From assembly GCA_964648855.1 (NCBI GenBank), contig CAZYLT010000001.1:342299-406298 (forward strand): 64,000 bases of DNA, written 5' to 3'. Origin of the DNA: an uncultured archaeon. Its GTDB lineage: Archaea; Asgardarchaeota; Thorarchaeia; Thorarchaeales; Thorarchaeaceae. The translations under genes and the position numbers were made by a program. Position 1 is the first letter of the stretch. Each line of letters opens with the position of its first letter. This document shows positions 27,711 to 35,333 of the stretch, piece after piece. Below the pieces are notes generated by a model. It had not been told where the DNA came from. It made no database searches and saw only the letters and a list, made by a program, of their open reading frames with translations.

Positions 27711-28874
27711 GTGAAAATTGGAGTCAATCTATATCCTTCAGTCGGTGGTTCAGGATATCTTGCCACTCGACTAGGCCAGCATCTAGTTGAGAGAGGACAC
27801 ATAATCCATTTCATAACATATCAAAGACCTTTCTCATTAGTGTGGGAAGATACGCGAGGAGCATTTGTGGACCTAGTTGACACTATCGACTATCCATTAT
27901 TCAAGGACATCTGCCCGCCCTATTCAATGGCGCTAGCTTCGAAGATTGTCCAAGTTTCTCAAAACTCCCAACTGGATTTGATTCATTCACACTATGCCAT
28001 CCCACATGCACTATCTGCATACATGGCAAGAGAAATTGTGGGGATACCTTATGTCATTACGATGCATGGCTCAGATGTACACTCGTTAGGTCTGGACCCA
28101 GCATATCAACCAGTAGTAAAACACACAGTTCAACAAGCAAGTGCGGTCACCACGGTAGCGGCCTTTCTCCGAGATAGTGCTTACGAAAAGTTAGGTATTG
28201 ATAGAGAAATTCATGTTATTCCAAATTTCATTGATGTTGAGAAGTACAAACGGAAAGAGGGTATACGACTTGTAGTTGAAAGCGGTTGTGTATCGGTGAG
28301 AACAGAGGAGGATGCCGAGGCCATCAACCCAGATCAGAGAGTCCTACTCCATGTTTCAAACTTCAGGAAAGTCAAGCGAGTCGTTGAACTGATAGAAATA
28401 ATGAAAATGGTAGTGGATGAGAAGCCAGATACCCGGCTTGTTCTCGTAGGAGATGGACCAAAGAGAGTAGAGGTTGAGCGTAAGATAGAGGAGCTAGATC
28501 TTTGCCAAAAGGTACACCTTCTAGGAATCAGAAGCAATGTACATGAAATCATGTGTTCATCTGATATGCTCTTGATGAATTCCTTGCAGGAAGGGATGCC
28601 ACTTGTTATCCTAGAGGCCATGGCATCGCAATTACCTGTTGTTACGACACCAGCTGGTGGAATACCGGAATTAGTAAGACCCGGAAAGGATGGGTGGGTA
28701 ACTGAAGGTTATGAAAAGGAAGAATTTGCTCATGCGATTCTAACCCTTCTTGATGATGACGCAAAACTGAAGAAATTTGGACATACTGGATGGAAGAGAG
28801 TCAAGGAGAAATTCTCAGCAGACATAATTGTACCAAAATATGAACAGGTCTTCCAAGAAGCAGTTCAAAAATAG
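27711..28874 (+). CDS. bshA: GT4-family retaining glycosyltransferase resembling BshA/MshA (N-acetyl-alpha-D-glucosaminyl L-malate synthase-like). A PIG-A-like GlcNAc transferase is the alternative reading.
   Basis: N-terminus VKIGVNLYPSVGGSGYLATRLGQHLVERGHIIHFITYQRPFSL closely resembles the BshA start (KIGITCYPSVGGSG...HFIT) as I recall it. C-terminal EX7E motif EGMPLVILEAMASQLPVVTTPAGGIPE. The GTG at 27711 gives a BshA-like N-terminus; in-frame ATGs further upstream (27636, 27513) would overlap the divergent deacetylase gene. Confidence 0.75.
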   Translation: MKIGVNLYPSVGGSGYLATRLGQHLVERGHIIHFITYQRPFSLVWEDTRGAFVDLVDTIDYPLFKDICPPYSMALASKIVQVSQNSQLDLIHSHYAIPHALSAYMAREIVGIPYVITMHGSDVHSLGLDPAYQPVVKHTVQQASAVTTVAAFLRDSAYEKLGIDREIHVIPNFIDVEKYKRKEGIRLVVESGCVSVRTEEDAEAINPDQRVLLHVSNFRKVKRVVELIEIMKMVVDEKPDTRLVLVGDGPKRVEVERKIEELDLCQKVHLLGIRSNVHEIMCSSDMLLMNSLQEGMPLVILEAMASQLPVVTTPAGGIPELVRPGKDGWVTEGYEKEEFAHAILTLLDDDAKLKKFGHTGWKRVKEKFSADIIVPKYEQVFQEAVQK

Positions 28875-28885
28875 GAGAGTATTGA

Positions 28886-30604
28886 GTGACCAAGAGAAGC
28901 ATTACACAGGCATACTTGGACTATATTTGGAAGTCCAAACACGAGGAGTTGGCATCTGAACTCTACAACGACCCACCTATTTTGATGAACGACTTGAGAA
29001 AGCGCGCAGTCAATTTGAGAAAGACGTATGCTGAGCAAGACTGGCATACAGATGATAGGACTGAGAGATTGCAGAGGGCGTTGACAAGGATTAACCGTGA
29101 GCTAGGTTGTCTAAGTCCGAAAGTCAAGAAAAGCATTGAGAAACTACATGAGGGCGCTGTTGAGGCAGCTCATCAAAGCGTTGTATTAGGCGGCCCTTGC
29201 TATATTCTGAACAAGGCCATCACAGCAGAAAGATTGGCGGTCCTGAACTCGACCGAGCAGACATCTCTTGTCCCATTTTATTGTATTGCTGATTATGATA
29301 TAGTTCAGAGTGAGTTGACCCATACGAGAACGCCCTTGATGGGACCAAGTGGAAATATAGTGAGCATACCGGTTCCTGATGAATACGAGTTCTCACCTGT
29401 GAGTGTTGTGCCTTTACCCGAATATCATTGGTATGAGGAAGCGGAGGAGAGTATTAGAACGGGGTATAGCCCATTGTTCAAAGTACTTGAAGGAAATACA
29501 CGAAAGCTCTTTGACGAAAGGCTTGAATATGCACTTTCCATAACCAGACAAGCATTTCTTAACTCCGAAACTCTGGGGGAATGGGCACAAAGGATTATTG
29601 CAAGGATTGTGAACATTGAAGGAAACCTAGGACTACCTCTAGTTCCAGCTTCTGACGATGAGATACGAAAACTATGGGCGCTTGGCATGGAATTTCTTCT
29701 CTCCAAAGAGATACGAGAGAATTTCGTTCAGATGTACGGTCAAGCCACGAAAAGAATTCAGAATAACGGGTTTGAGCCAGGTGCAGGAGGAAGGGATAGC
29801 GCGTATGTCCCATTCTTCTATGAATGCCAAACAGAATCATGTAATCGGGCTAGAACAGAGCTGTTCTATGAATTGGATGGGTCGAAAGCATTACTCAGAG
29901 GAGAATGTCCTCTTTGCAACGAAAAAATCCAATTAGAAGTCGATGCGGAAACTCCAGATCTATCAGACCAAGCTACGTTTCTATCACCCAGAGTTGATTC
30001 TCGACAATTTGCAGTCGATTCCTCGATCCCTATCATAGCTCATGCGGGAGGGCCGGGAGAGACTGCGTATTATGCGCAAGTCATACCGATTGCAAGAAAA
30101 TTGAAGATACCATTTCCTATGTTTGTGAAATACCCTCGTGTCTTTTTCAATACCCCATGGAGCGAAGATATGGCTAACCAGCTAAAGACAAGCGAGATTC
30201 CCGTGCTTCACAGAGGTGAGATGTTTCGGGCCATGGGACAAGTTACTCGAAATAGAAACAAAGAGAACTATGACGAGATGAATGGGGCAATCCAGGATCT
30301 TGCAGGAATCATTTGGACGACACATGATGAGCTGTTAGAATCTTTGCATAAACTTGAGAAGGAGATTGAGGAAACCGAGGAGCATGTAGAGGAAGACAGA
30401 CTAGAGCTGAAATTCAAAATTGAAACCTATCTGTCTTGGGCATATGGTCGGTATGCAAAGGGAAAGAATGCACAGGAGTCATCTTGGTCATGGATTGAAT
30501 GGGTACTAAATGCGGGACTTGGTGATTTATTTGGACCGTACGAGCGGGCCTATATGCAACAAATGAAGAATGGAGCAACGCTTTTTGTAAATTTCATGGT
30601 ATGA
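28886..30604 (+). CDS. Large conserved protein, candidate BshC-like enzyme (third gene of a bacillithiol-type pathway), with an internal Cys4 zinc-ribbon
   Basis: 572 aa with a GTG start 12 nt after the bshA-like stop. Segments SVVLGGPCYIL, VPFYCIADYD and IIAHAGGPGETAYYAQV resemble conserved blocks of BshC (YllA) as I recall them (VVGGQQAGLLTGP / IPIFWVAGEDHD / IAGPGE). The memory-based match is uncertain. Zinc-ribbon is CQTESC ... CPLC. The C-terminal ~130 aa are coiled-coil-like. Confidence 0.45.
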   Translation: MTKRSITQAYLDYIWKSKHEELASELYNDPPILMNDLRKRAVNLRKTYAEQDWHTDDRTERLQRALTRINRELGCLSPKVKKSIEKLHEGAVEAAHQSVVLGGPCYILNKAITAERLAVLNSTEQTSLVPFYCIADYDIVQSELTHTRTPLMGPSGNIVSIPVPDEYEFSPVSVVPLPEYHWYEEAEESIRTGYSPLFKVLEGNTRKLFDERLEYALSITRQAFLNSETLGEWAQRIIARIVNIEGNLGLPLVPASDDEIRKLWALGMEFLLSKEIRENFVQMYGQATKRIQNNGFEPGAGGRDSAYVPFFYECQTESCNRARTELFYELDGSKALLRGECPLCNEKIQLEVDAETPDLSDQATFLSPRVDSRQFAVDSSIPIIAHAGGPGETAYYAQVIPIARKLKIPFPMFVKYPRVFFNTPWSEDMANQLKTSEIPVLHRGEMFRAMGQVTRNRNKENYDEMNGAIQDLAGIIWTTHDELLESLHKLEKEIEETEEHVEEDRLELKFKIETYLSWAYGRYAKGKNAQESSWSWIEWVLNAGLGDLFGPYERAYMQQMKNGATLFVNFMV

Positions 30605-30616
30605 AAACAAGAACGG

Positions 30617-30653
30617 GGCACCAGAGCCGAGTTTCTGGTGCCTTTGCGTTTTT
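30617..30653. terminator. Bidirectional intrinsic-terminator-like hairpin with flanking T-tracts between convergent genes
   Basis: Stem GGCACCAGA, loop gccgagtt, stem TCTGGTGCC, followed by TTTGCGTTTTT. The minus strand also reads into a T-rich run. It lies between the stop at 30604 (+) and the stop at 30652 (-). Confidence 0.4.
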
Positions 30654-31926
30654 ACTCTAGCTGTTCTGATAGAAGATTGCCAAGCTTCTCAATACCTTCG
30701 GATATCACATCTGGTTCAGCATAGGAGTATCCTAACCTCATCGTGTTAGGCTGTGGTGAGGTTGGCTTTAACTCGTTCCCATTTTCCGTCAGGTCGTATC
30801 CGGTAATGGGGTAGAATGGGCCACCAGGAACATAGATAATATCATTTGGGAGCGCTACATCCATCATGAATTTCTTGCTATCAAAATCGGGTTTCTCGCT
30901 TTCCCACCAGATGAAGAAGCCACCTGTGGGATCAGTTCTCTTGCCAGTGGGGAATGATGAGTCTATTGCTTTTGCCATTGCTTTGTATCGCTTTTCGTAC
31001 TCGGGAATTGCGACCTTCATGGCCTCGTCAATGTAGTTCATGTAGTACTCGTTCAAGATTCGCTGAACTAAGGTGGACGTACATAGGTCAAGGTAGCCTT
31101 TATCCTTCAGAACTTGTTCTCGAACATTGGTTGGCATCACAGAATATCCGACTCTAAGAACGGCAGCCTCTTTGCTTGTAGTTGCAAGGTATGCTACTCT
31201 CGTGTTCTCTTTATCAAGTGTCTTAATCGCCTTTGGATTCTCTTTGAATTGAATTTCGGCGTAAGCGGAGTCTTCTATCAAGAGAATATCGTGGCTCTCG
31301 CAGATGTCAAATAGAGCCCTCCGACGTTTCATCGGGATTGTAGTACCCTTTGGATTATCTGAATCGGGAACAACATAGAGGATATCAGGAACTTTACCAA
31401 ACTTGATTTTTGAAACATGAACCGCTTTCTCAACATATTCAGGAATCATACCATCAAGGTCTGTCGGTACAGTTATGATACGCCCGCCAAGCTTGACAGC
31501 AGGCACTAGGAATCCAAGGTAAGCCGGGGACGGAGTGATTATTACATCACCAGGGTCAATGAGAGTATCGAGGAGCGCATAAAGCGCCTGTTGTGAGCCA
31601 TTTGTAATGGATATTTGTTCCCATTCTCCATCATCACAATCAATAGGTATTCCACGAACCTCACATAGTCTCTGAGCAAGCGTGTTTATAAACCAAGGCT
31701 GACCACCTGTTGGCCCGTAGTTAAAATCCTCTAGTGCCATCTTTGGATTTTCTTTGTACCTTTCGCTCAAATCGGCCATAATATCAGCGAAGATATCTGT
31801 GGGAATTATGCCGGGTTTGCCGCCAGCATAATAATAATCCACATGATACTCCAAGAGAGCTCGGATTTGAGATTCTTCGATAAACGAAGTCCAACTCGAA
31901 AAACTATATCCATCTTTATCTGCCAT
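30652..31926 (-). CDS. PLP-dependent aminotransferase, class I/II (fold type I)
   Basis: 424 aa. TSKEAA contains the probable PLP-lysine in the SxK context, and the overall length and layout match AAT-like aminotransferases. ATG start. Confidence 0.75.
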   Translation of the reverse strand: MADKDGYSFSSWTSFIEESQIRALLEYHVDYYYAGGKPGIIPTDIFADIMADLSERYKENPKMALEDFNYGPTGGQPWFINTLAQRLCEVRGIPIDCDDGEWEQISITNGSQQALYALLDTLIDPGDVIITPSPAYLGFLVPAVKLGGRIITVPTDLDGMIPEYVEKAVHVSKIKFGKVPDILYVVPDSDNPKGTTIPMKRRRALFDICESHDILLIEDSAYAEIQFKENPKAIKTLDKENTRVAYLATTSKEAAVLRVGYSVMPTNVREQVLKDKGYLDLCTSTLVQRILNEYYMNYIDEAMKVAIPEYEKRYKAMAKAIDSSFPTGKRTDPTGGFFIWWESEKPDFDSKKFMMDVALPNDIIYVPGGPFYPITGYDLTENGNELKPTSPQPNTMRLGYSYAEPDVISEGIEKLGNLLSEQLE

Positions 31927-32084
31927 TAGAACTCATTCCATCAACTACGATATGGTCATGTACACTTTTGTACAGCAGTTCGAGAATATGTGCCAATTCC
32001 CTTTATCTGTTTCTGATTATGAGATGGAAAAAGCGGTCTCTTCCGACCCAGTATGTACACTTCCGTACATCTTGTTGGTGCAAT

Positions 32085-32873
32085 CTACTGCATGGTTTGT
32101 TCGGCTATGGTTCTCGCAGCCTCAGTAGGATTATCAGCATTAATTATGGAACGTGCAACAATAACATATTCTGCTCCAGCTTGTATTGCATCACTAGCGG
32201 ACCCTCCCTGAGCTCCAACTCCAGGCGAGAGTATTGGTACCGTATCACCAAGAATGTTCTTGACTTCGGTGATCCGTTCCGGATAGGTTGCCCCCACAAT
32301 CACTCCGTCCGCCTCCCACTTCTTTGCACGCCGTGCAAATTCGATGTAGAGTGGCTCCCACTTCTTTCCCTTTTCATCCAGCGCGACCTTTAGGCCATAT
32401 CCCTCTTCTGACCCAGGATGAGACATATAGCACAGACTGATGATTCCCTTAGACCGTTCAGTGGCAACTTTGAAAACTGAATCAAGACCTCCGTCCCAAC
32501 CCACAAAGGGATTAACAATGACAGCATCGAAGCCGGCATCCAAATAATACTTGGCGATTACTTCGTTTGAGTGACCGATATCGTTGATTTTGCAGTCCAT
32601 GATAGCTGTCAGGCCTAAGTCATGGATTGACTCAATCATACCAGGGATTTCGTCATAAAGACCCAAAGGCAATACGAGATGTCGGTTGAATTTGTATGCG
32701 ATTACATGATCAGAAGTCTGGCGGATGATACTGCGAGCCTTCTCTGCTAGCCTTTTTCTCTCGTCAATGCGGGCTTCACTTCTATAGAGTGTTGTATTTG
32801 CTACAAGATCCAATCCGAGGATGAGTCTGCTTTTCCTGACAAATTTGGCGGCTGCAAGTTTTCTCTTATACAC
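32085..32873 (-). CDS. pyrF: Orotidine 5'-phosphate decarboxylase
   Basis: LILGLDL N-terminal strand, DxKxxDIG motif (IMDCKINDIGHSN), 262 aa TIM-barrel length. GTG start. Confidence 0.65.
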   Translation of the reverse strand: MYKRKLAAAKFVRKSRLILGLDLVANTTLYRSEARIDERKRLAEKARSIIRQTSDHVIAYKFNRHLVLPLGLYDEIPGMIESIHDLGLTAIMDCKINDIGHSNEVIAKYYLDAGFDAVIVNPFVGWDGGLDSVFKVATERSKGIISLCYMSHPGSEEGYGLKVALDEKGKKWEPLYIEFARRAKKWEADGVIVGATYPERITEVKNILGDTVPILSPGVGAQGGSASDAIQAGAEYVIVARSIINADNPTEAARTIAEQTMQ

Positions 32874-32973
32874 GGCGAAAAACTCCTAAATACCTTACAT
32901 CTCCTTGGTCGAGGACACTTATATTAAATGCGGAATCCAGAACAATAGCGTGATTGAGTTGAGTCCGGACTGG

Positions 32974-34002
32974 ATGGAAACACGATTGGTTGTTGTCGCC
33001 ACTGCGATTCTGGGGTCAATCTATTTCTTCCTACTCATGTTCATCTTACCATTCACGTTGAGTCCGTTTACCGACCCGTTGCACAACGAACTATTTCACC
33101 ATGTAGTGACTCCACTCGTTTTCTCTGCACCCTGGCTCGGGATAATCTACAACTCTAGATACAGATTTGCCAACACTATTCACCATATGCATGACTCAAC
33201 TAGTTCCGTACCCTTAAGATGGAGAGTATTCTATGGCACAAATGCGGCATTTGTTCTTGCCTTTTTCGTACTGCCAATTGTAACTCCACCGCTTGCAATT
33301 CTTGGGGGGTTGTATGTTGCCGGAGTGGTATTCTATCGCGTCGGGGTTGGAAAACTTGGCGGAGGTAGATTGGCATCAGCCTTGGCGGTTCTGATTGCTA
33401 TTGCCTTATGTATTCTTCCTACAATTATACTACTCCAGTTCATACCAGAGTATGTGTTGGTTTGGCAGGAAATACTAGCAGCATGGAGCTCTTTTTGGGT
33501 GAAAGTCGTATACGGGATCGCCCAATGTCTAGTGAATGCTCTAAGCTTCGGGGCACCGGTCTACTTCCTCTATTTCGCAGCCCAAGAATACGACAAGGGA
33601 GTCTACGGGGAGATATATACGGCAACGCCTACAAAATGGATTTGGATTGTAGAGTCCATCATTTTCTTGATTTTCATCGCCCTATATTTGCCACCGGTTC
33701 CAACTCCATTGGGAGCAATACCATTCCTAGACCGGTCGGACCTCTTTAATCAGTACATAAACTGGATATCTCTCGGAGTAGTTGTTATTCTCACTCTGGT
33801 GAAAAAATTGCTTGGAGTTGAGAATGACACCACATTGGGAGGCCCCTCTAACATTATCATCGTTGGATTGTTTCTGGTAGTGGAGCTCTTCTTCAAAACG
33901 GATTTACTCATTGTCACTCTGATAATCTGGCTGGCATTCATGTTATACGCTACCGTTTTCTTAGCGAACTTCCTCAGAGCATCACCACGGGAGATGTACT
34001 AG
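32974..34002 (+). CDS. Polytopic integral membrane protein of unknown function
   Basis: ~10 predicted TM helices, no motifs. Track TTG at 32905; first ATG at 32974. Confidence 0.5.
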   Translation: METRLVVVATAILGSIYFFLLMFILPFTLSPFTDPLHNELFHHVVTPLVFSAPWLGIIYNSRYRFANTIHHMHDSTSSVPLRWRVFYGTNAAFVLAFFVLPIVTPPLAILGGLYVAGVVFYRVGVGKLGGGRLASALAVLIAIALCILPTIILLQFIPEYVLVWQEILAAWSSFWVKVVYGIAQCLVNALSFGAPVYFLYFAAQEYDKGVYGEIYTATPTKWIWIVESIIFLIFIALYLPPVPTPLGAIPFLDRSDLFNQYINWISLGVVVILTLVKKLLGVENDTTLGGPSNIIIVGLFLVVELFFKTDLLIVTLIIWLAFMLYATVFLANFLRASPREMY

Positions 34003-34051
34003 CATTGATTATGATTCCGTCGCTCTCTAGCCAAATGTGGTGATTCATTTA

Positions 34052-34333
34052 TCATTCGTCTTCAGAAGCAAAATGCATTTCTTCTTCGCTTGAATGGGTT
34101 TCTTCCAAGTGAGCGGCCCTTCTCTTCGTACGTTTTGTAGTGCACCGAACAGCACGCATTGCTAGTGTAATGATAAGCACAAAACTCAGTATGATGACAA
34201 AGACATCCACCGTGTCGTTCACATCTATTAGTGCAATCCATATCACAATCAACGCGGCTGGAACTGCCACAACGACCATTCCGAGGATCGTTATGACGCA
34301 AGAAGACGGCGACTCATCAATGAACCCAGTCAT
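34052..34333 (-). CDS. Possible small membrane protein (93 aa, two TM helices, basic/acidic C-tail)
   Basis: The C-terminal part of the 307-aa minus ORF is MTGFIDESPSSCVITILGMVVVAVPAALIVIWIALIDVNDTVDVFVIILSFVLIITLAMRAV...EEEMHFASEDE. The remainder of that ORF is low-complexity and overlaps the NUDIX gene on the other strand. Confidence 0.25.
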   Translation of the reverse strand: MTGFIDESPSSCVITILGMVVVAVPAALIVIWIALIDVNDTVDVFVIILSFVLIITLAMRAVRCTTKRTKRRAAHLEETHSSEEEMHFASEDE

Positions 34334-34427
34334 ATGTATGGTGTGGAATGTGGGCAAGAACAGTTCTCTGTCAACATCCGAATATGTTATGACGGAGAAC
34401 ATTGCTTGCCATGAAGAGGATTCCTCA

Positions 34428-34898
34428 ATGAAACAAAAGAGAACTGGGAAAAGAAGAAACTGGCATAACCCAAACCCAACGGTTGATATTGCGATTACAG
34501 ATGGCCGTCGAGTTGTACTCATCCAGCGTGCGAATGAACCGTTTAAGGGACAGTGGGTATTTCCGGGAGGGTTCGTTGAGTATAATGAGCGAGTAGAAGA
34601 TGCGGCTATCAGGGAAGCAAAAGAAGAAACCTCGCTGGATGTAAAGCTGGTTGACATTCTCGGGGTATATAGTGACCCCCATAGAGACCCCCGAGCACAC
34701 AATATATCGGTTGTTTTTGTTGCGAGATGGCTAGAGGGCGAAGTAATGGGTGGAGATGATGCGGCCGCAGCAGAATGGAGAGATCTGAAAGACCTGATGC
34801 CAGATGATTTAGCATTTGACCATGGCCTTGTTTTGCAGGACCTAAAGTCCTGGTTGAAAGATTCATCAATGACTTTCTGGTCAGCTAAAGAAAGATGA
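34428..34898 (+). CDS. NUDIX hydrolase
   Basis: Nudix box GGFVEYNERVEDAAIREAKEETSL (Gx5Ex7REUxEExGU). 156 aa from the ATG at 34428. The upstream part of track ORF 34140..34898 starts at GTG and is low complexity, so it is probably not translated. Confidence 0.75.
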   Translation: MKQKRTGKRRNWHNPNPTVDIAITDGRRVVLIQRANEPFKGQWVFPGGFVEYNERVEDAAIREAKEETSLDVKLVDILGVYSDPHRDPRAHNISVVFVARWLEGEVMGGDDAAAAEWRDLKDLMPDDLAFDHGLVLQDLKSWLKDSSMTFWSAKER

Positions 34899-34919
34899 AG
34901 CTTGATGAGTATCTCGTAA

Positions 34920-35324
34920 TTAAATATCCAATATCTCGAGTTTCTCTTCCAGTCTGATAATAGGCAAATGTACAATCATTGGTTCAGATTCAAAGGCATC
35001 AACAAACTTCAGAGATTCTTTTGGACGCGCCTTGTATGCCAAAAAATTGCCTTCTGGTGGTTCGTCGGCCTCATAGTAAATCCACAGAGGCATACCATAG
35101 TATTCGTAGTAACCGTGGTTGGAAATCATTGTACCATAAACGTGCTTCCCCTTGTGTTCGAAGTACAGCATACTTGCAGGACGGTCTCGTTGAGACCATG
35201 ATACAAGCATTCTAGCCAAATCGGTCATGGAAGATAGTTTTAGGTTCACAGGAGGGCGAATATCTTCTTTGCTCATTTTGACACCAGTTTCAATGCAAAA
35301 TTCAGTCCTTATAAGGCCATTCAT
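34920..35324 (-). CDS. Hypothetical protein (134 aa) immediately downstream of the HerA-like ATPase
   Basis: No motifs recognised (KGKHVYGTMISNHGYYEYYGMPLWIYY). 9-nt spacer to the upstream ATPase gene, so probably an operon. Confidence 0.45.
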   Translation of the reverse strand: MNGLIRTEFCIETGVKMSKEDIRPPVNLKLSSMTDLARMLVSWSQRDRPASMLYFEHKGKHVYGTMISNHGYYEYYGMPLWIYYEADEPPEGNFLAYKARPKESLKFVDAFESEPMIVHLPIIRLEEKLEILDI

Positions 35325-35333
35325 GCAGGGCAG

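Noticed and set aside
34052-34975. Full-length 307-aa minus-strand ORF
   Set aside because: Only the C-terminal 93 codons look protein-like (2 TM helices). The rest is S/A/T-rich and antisense to the NUDIX gene, so I kept only the short form at low confidence.
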